From: Candidatus Saccharimonadia bacterium
GTDB lineage: Bacteria; Patescibacteriota; Saccharimonadia; UBA4664; JBBRNT01
Direction: 5' to 3'
Length of the DNA stretch: 64,000 nucleotides
Assembly: GCA_038230095.1 (NCBI GenBank)
Contig: JBBRNT010000001.1
Location: 112,848 to 176,847 of the forward strand
Shown one piece after another: positions 53,827-63,277 of this stretch. The notes under the pieces are model-generated. The model did not search any database. It worked only from the letters and a program-made list of their open reading frames with translations, and was not told the origin of the DNA. Made by a program: the position numbers and the translations under genes. The number at the start of each line of letters is the position of its first letter. Position 1 is the first letter of the stretch.

Positions 53827-54896
53827 TGGAAGCTGTAGTACCCAAAATTGAGCTTATGCTCGAAGCGGTTCTTAAGCTGGACGCCTCAGACTTGCATTTG
53901 CAAGCGGGCGTACCACCTATGCTCCGTGTTGACGGCGCCTTGCGCCCCATGGCTGAGGCGGCTGTGCTGGATGCCGATGCAATAGAGAAGCTTATCTTCT
54001 CTATCCTAGATGATGAACAGAAAGATGTGCTCATTAAGGATAAGGAAGTGGACTTCTCGTTTGCCTTTGGCGACTTGGGCCGGTTCCGGGTAAATGCCTT
54101 CCATGAGCGTGGTAATCTAGCGGCCGCGTTGCGCCTGATCCCAACCAAGATCCGGACCATGCAAGAGCTGGGTCTACCCAAGGTAATGGACAAGTTCTGT
54201 GACTTCCCGCGTGGTTTGGTGCTGGTAACTGGGCCGACGGGTTCTGGTAAGTCGACTACTCTGGCGGCCATATTGAACCAGATTAACACAGATAAGTCGT
54301 TGCATATTCTGACGATTGAGGACCCTATTGAGTACGCCCACGAGTCCAAGAAGTCTATCGTAGTACAGCGAGAGATCCACTATGACACCTACAGCTTCGG
54401 TGCAGCGCTGCGCTCCAGCCTGCGCCAAGACCCTGATGTGGTACTAATCGGTGAGATGCGCGACCTAGAGACGATTGCGGCAGCGATTACGATTGCCGAG
54501 ACGGGGCACCTAGTACTGGCAACCCTGCACACCAACTCCGCAGCGCAGTCCATAGACCGTATGATTGATGTCTTCCCGCCCCACCAACAGCAGCAGATCC
54601 GGATCCAGCTGGCAGGTATACTCCAGGGCATTTGTGCGCAACGCCTGGTGCCTACCATTGGTGGTGGCCGTATGGCTATTTCAGAGATCCTAATGGTGAA
54701 TAACGCGGTGCGTAATATTATCCGCGAGGGTAAAACCCACCAGCTGGACGCTGTGATCCAAACTGGTGCCGAGGAAGGCATGCAGTCTATGGATAAGACC
54801 CTGGTGCAGTTTATCCAGCAGGGCAAGATAACCTATGACGAAGCCAAGAACTATGCTGTTGATCTTAAAGAACTGGATAGGATGATGCGCGGATGA
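53826..54896 (+). CDS. pilT: Type IV pilus retraction ATPase PilT
   Basis: ASDLH, GPTGSGKSTT, TIEDPIE, LRQDPD, AETGHLV, AVRNIIREGK. Confidence 0.95.
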   Translation: MEAVVPKIELMLEAVLKLDASDLHLQAGVPPMLRVDGALRPMAEAAVLDADAIEKLIFSILDDEQKDVLIKDKEVDFSFAFGDLGRFRVNAFHERGNLAAALRLIPTKIRTMQELGLPKVMDKFCDFPRGLVLVTGPTGSGKSTTLAAILNQINTDKSLHILTIEDPIEYAHESKKSIVVQREIHYDTYSFGAALRSSLRQDPDVVLIGEMRDLETIAAAITIAETGHLVLATLHTNSAAQSIDRMIDVFPPHQQQQIRIQLAGILQGICAQRLVPTIGGGRMAISEILMVNNAVRNIIREGKTHQLDAVIQTGAEEGMQSMDKTLVQFIQQGKITYDEAKNYAVDLKELDRMMRG

Positions 54897-54903
54897 GTAC
54901 GCC

Positions 54904-56115
54904 ATGTTGACATACGTCTACAGCGCTAAGAATGCTGAAGGGGTCTTGATTAAGGCCGAGGTACAGGCCGAGAACGAGCAATCGGCGGCGAAGCTGCTTA
55001 TGTCCCAGGCGCTGTTTCCGATTACCATCGAAAGCAAAGAAGCTGCTAATAAACTGCCCATCAACCTACCGTTTCTGAACCAAGTACCAAACAAAGAGCG
55101 AGTTATTTTTACCCGACAACTCTCCACGTTGATTAACGCAGGCCTACCACTTCTGCAGTCTATCCGAACGGTGAGCGACCAGGTGGTGAATAAGAAGCTG
55201 AAAGAAGTGCTATCGAAGGTGATTGCCGCGGTCGAGGGTGGGGCTAGTCTGTCGGCCGCGTTTGCGCAGCACCCCGCGGTGTTTAACCAGATCTACGTGA
55301 GCCTAGTAGCGGCTGGTGAGACCTCGGGTACGCTAGACAAGTCGCTGGCTCGGCTGGCCGACCAGCAGGAGAAAGACGCCGCGATTGCGTCCAAGATCCG
55401 TGGCGCCCTGATCTACCCAGTGATCGTGCTATTCGTGATTGTTGCGGTGGTGGTATTTATGCTATCTACACTGCTCCCACAGGTGTCGCAGCTCTATAAA
55501 GATCTGAAAAAAACCCTGCCCTTAGTCACCCGTATTCTGGTATCTATTTCCGACTTTGTTGGACACTTTTGGTGGCTCGTGGCCATACTGCTGGGTGGGC
55601 TAGTGTATGCGCTGACGCGCTACGTGAAGTCCACGCAAGGACGAGAGGTCTGGGACAACTTGAAACTACACCTGCCTATATTTGGAGTAATATTTCAGAA
55701 AGTGTACATGGCACGGTTTGCGCGAACTACGTCGGTATTGCTTATGAGCGGTATCCCTATGCTGGAAACCCTGGAGATTGTGAAAAAGGCCGTGAGCAAC
55801 GTCATTGTGGGCAACGCTATTGAGCGCGCCATGGGCAAGGTGAAGGCAGGTAAATCACTTTCAAGTAGCTTAGAGAATGAGGATAGCTTTATTCCCCTAG
55901 TGCCTCAGATGACCAAGATTGGTGAAGAGTCTGGCGGCATAGATGACATGTTGGGCCGGGTGGCGGGCTTCTACGAGAATGAGGTGGATGAGGCGGTAAA
56001 GAACCTCTCTACCATCATGGAGCCCATCCTAATGGTAGTTCTGGGTGTAGTGGTTGGCGGCGTGATAGTGGCAGTTCTGCTGCCGGTGTACTCACTCGTT
56101 GGGCAAGGCCTCTAG
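54904..56115 (+). CDS. pilC: Type IV pilus platform protein PilC/GspF
   Basis: FTRQLSTL..AG.PL, AGE.SG.L, ALIYP, IGEESG, EP. Confidence 0.93.
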   Translation: MLTYVYSAKNAEGVLIKAEVQAENEQSAAKLLMSQALFPITIESKEAANKLPINLPFLNQVPNKERVIFTRQLSTLINAGLPLLQSIRTVSDQVVNKKLKEVLSKVIAAVEGGASLSAAFAQHPAVFNQIYVSLVAAGETSGTLDKSLARLADQQEKDAAIASKIRGALIYPVIVLFVIVAVVVFMLSTLLPQVSQLYKDLKKTLPLVTRILVSISDFVGHFWWLVAILLGGLVYALTRYVKSTQGREVWDNLKLHLPIFGVIFQKVYMARFARTTSVLLMSGIPMLETLEIVKKAVSNVIVGNAIERAMGKVKAGKSLSSSLENEDSFIPLVPQMTKIGEESGGIDDMLGRVAGFYENEVDEAVKNLSTIMEPILMVVLGVVVGGVIVAVLLPVYSLVGQGL

Positions 56116-56123
56116 CGTAAGTA

Positions 56124-56152
56124 TTGACGTTGGTAAGCATAACTATTAAGGT
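56124..56152 (+). promoter_or_regulatory. Dedicated promoter for the major pilin
   Basis: TTGACG-17 nt-TAAGGT, with strong SD AAGGAAGGTGA downstream. Confidence 0.6.
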
Positions 56153-56193
56153 ATTTGTAAGCAATAATTTGCAATAAGGAAGGTGAGATTCGA

Positions 56194-56661
56194 ATGCTAA
56201 AGAAACTAATGAAAGAGAATAAGGGTTTTACCCTTATTGAAATCGTCCTGGTCCTGGCCATTGCCGGACTGATCCTTGTCGTGGTGTTCCTGGCCGTCGG
56301 TGGTGCACAGCGTGCTCGCCGAGATACGCAACGTAAGGAAGATGTAGCTAAGGTAGTGGCCCAAATTGAGAGCTATGCGGGTAACAACAATGGCTGTTAT
56401 CCTGGCTCAGCCGCCGCCACTGGCTGTGCTTCGGCAGTTACGTTTGCCGCGTTTGCCGCAAGTAACTACATTACCGGTATTACGCTGACAGATCCCCTGG
56501 CCGGCGTTAACTACACCTATGTGGCTGCAGTTACACCTACAGCAGCTACGCCAATGGGTCTGGTCTATGTCTATGGTACTGACTGTGCCGGTGTTGCAGG
56601 ACGCACGTACAATCTTCGAGCAAACCTCGAAGCTGGTAGTGTCTGCCGCGACAACAAATAG
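56194..56661 (+). CDS. Major type IV pilin
   Basis: KG|FTLIE prepilin motif, RD.QRK.D, four Cys; own promoter and terminator. Confidence 0.9.
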   Translation: MLKKLMKENKGFTLIEIVLVLAIAGLILVVVFLAVGGAQRARRDTQRKEDVAKVVAQIESYAGNNNGCYPGSAAATGCASAVTFAAFAASNYITGITLTDPLAGVNYTYVAAVTPTAATPMGLVYVYGTDCAGVAGRTYNLRANLEAGSVCRDNK

Positions 56662-56673
56662 CTAAGACAGCTT

Positions 56674-56704
56674 AAAAAAAGACCCGTAAGGGTCTTTTTT
56701 TATT
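56674..56704 (+). terminator. Terminator after the major pilin
   Basis: AAAAAAAGACCC-GTAA-GGGTCTTTTTT. Confidence 0.88.
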
Positions 56705-56724
56705 GGCTCTGGTATAATCTGGTT

Positions 56725-57531
56725 ATGGTTTTTCTTCTGGGTGTATTGGGTCTTATCTTCGGTAGCTTCTCAGGGGCAACGGCTTGGCGTATTCATAAAC
56801 GTATGGAGGCAGAGGACGCCGGCAAGCAGATAGATGAGAAGTACTCCGTAAGCCGGGGGCGTTCGTTGTGTGAGTCCTGCGGCCATGAGCTGGCAGCGCT
56901 GGACCTGGTGCCGCTACTAAGCTGGCTGGTCCTGCGGGGTCGGTGCCGCTACTGCCGGACCCGGCTGTCGTGGGAGTATCCGCTAATTGAGCTGGTGATG
57001 GCGGGGCTATTTGTTGTGTCATACCTGGTACTTGCGCCCACAAGCCTCAGCCAGTGGCTGTACTTTGCCTACTGGCTCTATCTGGTAACTAGTTTGTTGA
57101 TCCTGGCGGTATCGGACCTGAAATGGATGCTGCTGCCGGACGTGGTGCTGCTACCCGCACTGGCCCTGGCGACTGCCCTGGCTCTGGCGCAGCTGCTAGC
57201 GGGTGGATCAGCGGGCATGCTCCTTGCCGGGCTGGTGGCGGGTGGTGCGTTTCTAGCCCTGTCTGTCCTGTCTGGTGGGCGGGGGATGGGGATGGGGGAC
57301 GTGAAGCTGGCGGCGCTCATGGGGGTGGTACTGGGCCCGCTACACACAGTGATAGCTATGCTAATTGGATTTAACAGTGCCGCGGTGGTCAGTCTGGGAC
57401 TCATTGCACTCCATCGCAAACGGGCCAAAGACCACATACCGTTTGGGCCGTTTCTTATAGCCGGGCTGGTAATTGCCCTGCTCTGGGGTGCCCCCATTAG
57501 CACCTGGTACCTCCGGGTGGCCGGACTATAG
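56725..57531 (+). CDS. pilD: Prepilin peptidase
   Basis: RS.C..C, D.VP..SW..LRGRCR.C, D....LLPD, GMG.GDVKL, IPFGPFL. Confidence 0.95.
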   Translation: MVFLLGVLGLIFGSFSGATAWRIHKRMEAEDAGKQIDEKYSVSRGRSLCESCGHELAALDLVPLLSWLVLRGRCRYCRTRLSWEYPLIELVMAGLFVVSYLVLAPTSLSQWLYFAYWLYLVTSLLILAVSDLKWMLLPDVVLLPALALATALALAQLLAGGSAGMLLAGLVAGGAFLALSVLSGGRGMGMGDVKLAALMGVVLGPLHTVIAMLIGFNSAAVVSLGLIALHRKRAKDHIPFGPFLIAGLVIALLWGAPISTWYLRVAGL

Positions 57532-57566
57532 CTGCGCAGCATAAGCACCATGGTATAATTTGAGCA

Positions 57567-58193
57567 ATGGCGCGTAATCAATCTCAAGCTGGATTTACCC
57601 TGATCGAACTCGTTCTAGCCCTGACTATCTCGGCGGCGCTTATTCCGATTGTCTTAAACGGCCAGCGAGAAATACGCTCGCGGGCACAGTTCTCCGATGG
57701 CGTGGAGCGGCTGCGAAACGACTTGGTGAATATTAAGAACGAAGCCAATACAACTGTAAGTACCCGCCAGATTGCTCCTGGCACTGACAGCCGCTACGCT
57801 GTCGCGGGCAAGGTGGTCATACTAGATAATACGGGTAGTAGCGGTGCATTGCGCCTGACTATTCGTACGTTGCGGTTTGATGAGTCGGTAAGCCCGCTAC
57901 AACTCAGCTTTGACCCAGATCCGACTGCCACTACCACGCAGGATATACCCTGGGGAGTACGGATTGATCCTGCTGTACCGGTGCCACTGCCGCAGATTGT
58001 AGTGTACTTGCGTAACGATGATACTGGGCATTTGCAGACGTATTTCCCCGCTAGCATAGTTGCTACCACTACCTATGCTAGCTATGTGCAGGCCGGGGTG
58101 GCTAAGACAATAAACTTGATTGATCCCGATAACCACAAGGGTACAGTGGTAGTAGATCCTATTTTTGGCAACGTAACGAGGACAATCCAATGA
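57567..58193 (+). CDS. Minor pilin (FimU/FimT position)
   Basis: AG|FTLIEL prepilin motif. Confidence 0.82.
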   Translation: MARNQSQAGFTLIELVLALTISAALIPIVLNGQREIRSRAQFSDGVERLRNDLVNIKNEANTTVSTRQIAPGTDSRYAVAGKVVILDNTGSSGALRLTIRTLRFDESVSPLQLSFDPDPTATTTQDIPWGVRIDPAVPVPLPQIVVYLRNDDTGHLQTYFPASIVATTTYASYVQAGVAKTINLIDPDNHKGTVVVDPIFGNVTRTIQ

Positions 58194-58735
58194 GACAATG
58201 GCTAGATCTACGCACAATCCTACGTAATCAGCGCGGCGATACGCTGGTGGAGATTACGATCGCCCTGGCTATTCTGTCATTTGTGCTCCTCAGCTCGTTT
58301 AATCTGGCCTCTTTCTCGTTCCGCCTCGGACAGATGGCCAAGGAGCGAACCCAGGGCGTGCAGCTGGCGCAGGAGCAGGCCGAGGCGCTCCGTAACTTCC
58401 GCGACAACTCGAGCTGGGCCAACTTCAATAGCGGTGCCGTCGGTACATTTCACTTTGAGAAGCAAAGTGGGGTATGGGCCAAAATAGCTGGCAATTACCA
58501 GCCACTACTGAACAGCCAGGGTACGCCATTTCTTGTTAATATCGAGCGCCTAGGTGACGTCATTATTAATGCCGGCCCACCAATTATTTCCGTGAATAGC
58601 TACCGAGTAACCTCGAAGTGGGCTCCTCTGGCCGGCCAGTCCTGCCCACTGAACGGCAGCGGTGTGCGCGAGTGTACCGTCCAGTTTCTCACGAATCTAG
58701 GCCGTACCGACGATCTAGCTCCGGTGGCAAACTAG
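58190..58735 (+). CDS. Minor pilin (PilV-like)
   Basis: RG|DTLVE motif, A...AQEQ.E.LR. Confidence 0.8.
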   Translation: MRQWLDLRTILRNQRGDTLVEITIALAILSFVLLSSFNLASFSFRLGQMAKERTQGVQLAQEQAEALRNFRDNSSWANFNSGAVGTFHFEKQSGVWAKIAGNYQPLLNSQGTPFLVNIERLGDVIINAGPPIISVNSYRVTSKWAPLAGQSCPLNGSGVRECTVQFLTNLGRTDDLAPVAN

Positions 58736-59379
58736 TGAAGCCGGCAACCCAACGACAGCGGGGATATACCCTAATAGAGCTGATTATGGCCATGGCTATC
58801 TTTAGCTTTATGCTGTTAATTATTGTGGGGGGATACCTAAATGTGTTTAAGCTATACCAGAACGGATTAGCTTCGCGTGATACTCAGCAGAACGGCCGAT
58901 TCGGTATGGAGGAGATGGTCCGTACTGTCCGTGAGAGTAAGGACGCGCTGGGTGTGGTGTCGGGCGGTGACTTTGACTATGTATGCCTGCAGAGTCAGAC
59001 CGGGGCTATGAGTAAGCTCATGACCGCGGCTTCGGGGAGCTACCAGGTACTACAGATAGTGGTCCTGCCTAACCCCGCGGCATTTGACCTGGCCACCTGT
59101 GGGGCGCTGAGCGCGGCAACTGCTGGCGTTGCCACCGAGATCCTATCGAGTACCAATGTGGAAGTTGTGAGCTTTAAGCCTACGGTACTACTGGCACCAA
59201 CGGCTGCGGGATCGAAAAGTGTTATGCTAGAACTGAAGATTGCCACCCACAAGAATGGTCTTAGCTTCGGGGTAGATACCGTGACGCAGAAGACTTGCAG
59301 TACGGTGACCACATCCCAGTTCTGTTCTATTACTACCTATGAATCGAGCGCGACAGTGCGCGGAAAGGACGAATTATAA
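58735..59379 (+). CDS. Minor pilin (PilW-like)
   Basis: RG|YTLIEL, Q..GR..ME...R..R; GTG start overlaps the previous TAG. Confidence 0.8.
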   Translation: MKPATQRQRGYTLIELIMAMAIFSFMLLIIVGGYLNVFKLYQNGLASRDTQQNGRFGMEEMVRTVRESKDALGVVSGGDFDYVCLQSQTGAMSKLMTAASGSYQVLQIVVLPNPAAFDLATCGALSAATAGVATEILSSTNVEVVSFKPTVLLAPTAAGSKSVMLELKIATHKNGLSFGVDTVTQKTCSTVTTSQFCSITTYESSATVRGKDEL

Positions 59380-60368
59380 TGCAGACCAACGCAACAACAC
59401 GACAGCGGGGCATTGTATCTCTCCTAACAACGGTGATTGTGAGTACCTTGCTGCTGATCATCACTACGAGTATGGCTGCTCTCATGACGGGGGAGCTCCA
59501 CCAAGCGACCGATTCCGACCAATCTGCAAAGGCCTACTTTGCCGCTGAGTCCGGCATCGAAGATGCCCTTCAGCGGATAAAACCGCTCATTAAGAGTGGC
59601 CAATCGATAAGTAATGACGGTACTTGTGTGCAACCAGCGTTGAACACTTCGGCTATTCAGGACCCGCTGGGACTGGCTGTCACCTGCGAGCGAGTGGTGG
59701 AGCTGACCAATGCCCTCGCTGGTAAACTGGATCGGGATGCAGCTCGGCAAATAGAGTTACTCGGCGCTACCGGCATGAACCAGGTAGACCTGTATTGGAA
59801 TATTGATCCGCGGTTTACACCCGTGGGTGGCGACGCCTTGGCGGTTGCCAATATGGCTACTATGGAAGTGCTGATTGCCGGCTACGATCGGGTGGTGAAC
59901 CTAGGTCCGGGCAATATTGATCAGCTGAAAACGGTAACAATCCGCCCAGGGGCAAACGCCACACCGACGAGTAACATCGGCATTAATGCCATCCAGACGG
60001 CCTCGTGCGTAACGCCGCCCCAGTCTGCTACCTACAACTGTCACTTCACTATGACTGGCTTTAATGGTACGGCGAAGAACTATGTGATCCGCCTGAAGAC
60101 TCGAAACGCTGGCACCCACTTCAGTCTGCGGCCGCTGGCTGGTGGAGCTACGGTAACCGTACCGGACAACTACATTACGGTGGACGTCACCGCTAGTTCT
60201 GGTGAGGTCTACCGACGGATTGTGCGCAAAATACCACGCAGTGCTGGTCTGGTGAGTGGCCTAGAATTTGTACTCTTTAGTGACACTGAAATCTGTAAGA
60301 AGTTTGGCGTGGTTGACACCGCGGGTGTGCCAAACGTGCAATACCCTGGCTGTCCGGCCTTCCCGTAA
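59379..60368 (+). CDS. Minor pilin (PilX-like)
   Basis: RG|IVSL lacking Glu5; AYFAAESGIEDA PilX N-terminal motif. Confidence 0.82.
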   Translation: MQTNATTRQRGIVSLLTTVIVSTLLLIITTSMAALMTGELHQATDSDQSAKAYFAAESGIEDALQRIKPLIKSGQSISNDGTCVQPALNTSAIQDPLGLAVTCERVVELTNALAGKLDRDAARQIELLGATGMNQVDLYWNIDPRFTPVGGDALAVANMATMEVLIAGYDRVVNLGPGNIDQLKTVTIRPGANATPTSNIGINAIQTASCVTPPQSATYNCHFTMTGFNGTAKNYVIRLKTRNAGTHFSLRPLAGGATVTVPDNYITVDVTASSGEVYRRIVRKIPRSAGLVSGLEFVLFSDTEICKKFGVVDTAGVPNVQYPGCPAFP

Positions 60369-60369
60369 C

Positions 60370-61284
60370 CTAGACCTCTTTGGAGTGGAACCGGTCGTGG
60401 ACACTTTTGAGCTGTGGGTCGGTAATGTGGGTGTAGATCTGGGTAGTGGCAATATTGGCATGGCCCAATAGGCCCTGCACGCTGCGAATATCGGCACCAT
60501 TTATAAGTAGATCGGTGGCAAAGGAGTGGCGAAGAGTGTGGGGTGTCACGGTCTTAGTAATACCAGCTGCCAGAGCGTAGTGGTGTACCATGCGCTGAAT
60601 ACTGCGGGCCGTGAGGCGAGTAAAGGAGCCTCCTTCGCTCGGGTCCTTGGAGCCAGCATAGTGGATAAACAGCGGCTTAAACTCATCGTGACGGGTCTTC
60701 AGGTAGGCGTCCAGCCAGTCCGCGGCCTGCTGGCTTATGTAGACCGGACGATCTTTCTGGCCCTTACCGCGGACGACAAACTCTCGCCGATCTAGATTAA
60801 TGTGCTCGGTGTTGAGATTGACTAGCTCGGATACCCGCAGGCCACTAGAGAACAAGAGCTCCAGAATGGCGCGGTCGCGCAGGCCAATAGGATTGGTAGT
60901 ATCCATGCTACCAAATAGGCGGGATAGCTCGTCGGCCTCCAGGAAGCCTACCTGTGGTCGCACAGTCTTAGCCAACTCCACCTTGGCCGAGTCGAGGGCG
61001 GCTATGTCGCGCTTGGCCAGGTACTTGAGGAAACTGCGGAGGGCAATGAGATGGTAGTTGGTAGTGGCTTTGGAGAGCTCATCTCCCCGATTGTCCTTCT
61101 GGCGGGCTAGTGCGAGGCGCCACTTGCGAATGGTGTCATTGGTAATTGCAGCGATGGGTGCATCATCGGTAAACTCCACCAAACGTTGGAGGTAGCGGTC
61201 GTAGTTGGCAATGGTGGCCTGTGACCGATTCTGTTCGATCTCCAGGTACTCTAGGTAGTCTGTAACTAATTCGCTTATGTTCAT
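60370..61284 (-). CDS. Tyrosine recombinase XerC/XerD-like
   Basis: RDRAILELLFSSGLRVSEL, GKG.K.R, TPHTLRHSFATDLL..GAD.R.VQ.LLGH....TTQIYTH. Confidence 0.92.
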   Translation of the reverse strand: MNISELVTDYLEYLEIEQNRSQATIANYDRYLQRLVEFTDDAPIAAITNDTIRKWRLALARQKDNRGDELSKATTNYHLIALRSFLKYLAKRDIAALDSAKVELAKTVRPQVGFLEADELSRLFGSMDTTNPIGLRDRAILELLFSSGLRVSELVNLNTEHINLDRREFVVRGKGQKDRPVYISQQAADWLDAYLKTRHDEFKPLFIHYAGSKDPSEGGSFTRLTARSIQRMVHHYALAAGITKTVTPHTLRHSFATDLLINGADIRSVQGLLGHANIATTQIYTHITDPQLKSVHDRFHSKEV

Positions 61285-61387
61285 AGACCCTATTGTAAGC
61301 TAGCAATGGGGGAGAGCCAAGTCGCACAATAATTGCCAAGTGTAATCTACTTTACAGCCGTCCGCCCCCATCTGGTACACTGAGGGC

Positions 61388-63271
61388 ATGATAGGTGCGA
61401 GGGGACGCCGACAATTTGCAGCACTCGCATTGGTGCTCGCCACCGCGCCATGGTTCCGTGGCGGCCGTGATGCTGGCGGCCTGGTAGTAATTGCGTTATT
61501 CCTAGCACTGGGGCTGATAGCGACACGCACACTAGAGCCAAAGCGGCTACGGCTAACAGGGCTGGGGTGGTGGTACGGCGCACTTATGGTGTGGGCTAGT
61601 GCGTCTTGGTTCTGGTCGGCCAATCGCTATGCGACGCTTGTATGGGTAGCCACCTGGCTCTTGGGCGGTCTGGCTGCACTGCTCGCGGTGCACGTGGCTT
61701 CCGACGAGACAAGCCGGGCCAGGCTACTCCGGGGCCTGTTGGAGCTGGCGGTTATATTCTCGGTGTACGGCATATGGCTGTTTGTGACCGGGGACTACAA
61801 CCGGCTGACATCCACATTCTACTGGGCTAATCCGTGGGCAACGTTCTTATTCCCGGCAGTTATATTGGCCCTAGGCCGGTACGTGCAACAGGGCCGCAAG
61901 CTATACCTGGGTATGGCGGCGGTGCTCCTTACCGCCTTCCTTTTGACCTACTCACGAGCGGCATTGCTGGTCTTAGTAGTAGTGGTTCTAGTCGGAGTGG
62001 TAGCACGCTACCACCGGCGTTGGCACCTGATGCGCCTGGCGCTGAGCCTGGCGCTCGTAGCCGTCAGCTGCATTGTGCTGATACAGCTGCGTACTCGGTA
62101 TGTACACCAGAGTGGGCTGGGCATTAGTGCTCGGTTTGCGGACGCCCTGAGCGGCGACTCAGTAAGCGGCCTTGACCGCCTGTACTACCTACGCAGTGCT
62201 TGGGCTATTCTGGTGGACAACCCAGTGGCGGGAACAGGCGCTGGCACCTACGGTGCGGTACACCCGGCGTACCAATTCCGGGTTATTAGTGCTGGCTCGA
62301 CAGCGCACAATGTCTATGCCCAAACGGCTGCTGAGCTGGGCGGTATTGGGGCTATTATTCTGATTGGATTTGGGGTGTCACTACTCCTAGGGCTACGGCG
62401 GCAGCTGCGCCATGACCCCGAGAGGGTATTGCTAACGGCCGGGCTACTGGCACTGCTACTGCACGCCGGGCTGGATATTGGCGCAAACTATCCGGCAGTA
62501 ATCATACTTGGTGGGTTACTGATTGGAACGCTATACCGATCTAAGCCTGGGGCAATTGCGCCACAGTTCTCACTGAACTGGCTGGCTTTTGGGGCCCTGG
62601 CGCTTATGGCACAGCCGCTGGTGGCAAGCTATCGGTCGGCGGTGGTGACAACCACGGCGGCGGATGAGCAGAGCGAGGGTAATCTACCAGCAGCAGCTGA
62701 GGACTACCGTAGTGCACACTTATTTCTTACCTATAGTCCAGATACCCTGACGGCCGAGGGGATTAATCGGTTCGCCATGGCCAGTGCCGGCCGTGATACG
62801 GCGCTTAATACTGAGCTGGCTATCCGGAGGGCTGAAGCGGGCATACACCAGGACCCCCGCAATGCCGAGAATTACCTACTGCTAGCCCGCTCCGAGTGGC
62901 TAGGTGGTAGCGTAAAGCGCGCTGAGCAGGCGTATTTGAAGGGTCTCCAGCTAGATCCCTGGAACCAGCCGCTGCTGTATAGTGATCTGGCCACTCTCTA
63001 CCTGTCGCGTGACCGCAATGCTGAGGCGCTAGAGCTCTCGACCCAGGGGCTAGCTAAGTACCCAGGGAGCGTTATTATCAACCGAAACTCACTAAACCAA
63101 CTACCGGGCCAGATAGCCGACCTATACGTGGTGCAAGGGCATGCCTGGGAGGCATTGGGTAACTTAGCTGAGGCAGTACGCTCCGCCCAGACAGCACTAG
63201 AGACTGATCGATCGAGCCTAGCGGCCGGCAATATGTACAAGCGGCTCACGGGTGCATTGCCGCCGCGGTAG
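61388..63271 (+). CDS. O-antigen ligase/oligosaccharyltransferase (Wzy_C) family protein with C-terminal TPRs
   Basis: R..STF..AN, LTYSRAA, R......A......P..G.G.G.Y, AHN.Y.Q..AE.G..G, then TPR repeats. Confidence 0.85.
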   Translation: MIGARGRRQFAALALVLATAPWFRGGRDAGGLVVIALFLALGLIATRTLEPKRLRLTGLGWWYGALMVWASASWFWSANRYATLVWVATWLLGGLAALLAVHVASDETSRARLLRGLLELAVIFSVYGIWLFVTGDYNRLTSTFYWANPWATFLFPAVILALGRYVQQGRKLYLGMAAVLLTAFLLTYSRAALLVLVVVVLVGVVARYHRRWHLMRLALSLALVAVSCIVLIQLRTRYVHQSGLGISARFADALSGDSVSGLDRLYYLRSAWAILVDNPVAGTGAGTYGAVHPAYQFRVISAGSTAHNVYAQTAAELGGIGAIILIGFGVSLLLGLRRQLRHDPERVLLTAGLLALLLHAGLDIGANYPAVIILGGLLIGTLYRSKPGAIAPQFSLNWLAFGALALMAQPLVASYRSAVVTTTAADEQSEGNLPAAAEDYRSAHLFLTYSPDTLTAEGINRFAMASAGRDTALNTELAIRRAEAGIHQDPRNAENYLLLARSEWLGGSVKRAEQAYLKGLQLDPWNQPLLYSDLATLYLSRDRNAEALELSTQGLAKYPGSVIINRNSLNQLPGQIADLYVVQGHAWEALGNLAEAVRSAQTALETDRSSLAAGNMYKRLTGALPPR

Positions 63272-63277
63272 TCTGGG

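Noticed and set aside
27664-56704. Recurring CCC-GTAA-GGG hairpins (27664, 32575, 56674)
   Set aside because: Ordinary intrinsic terminators with GNRA loops and T-tracts at gene ends, not a mobile repeat.
59379-61284. Tyrosine recombinase abutting the last minor pilin, suggesting a shufflon
   Set aside because: The stops are 1 bp apart with no room for alternative C-terminal cassettes, I saw no repeated inversion sites, and the protein looks like a housekeeping Xer.
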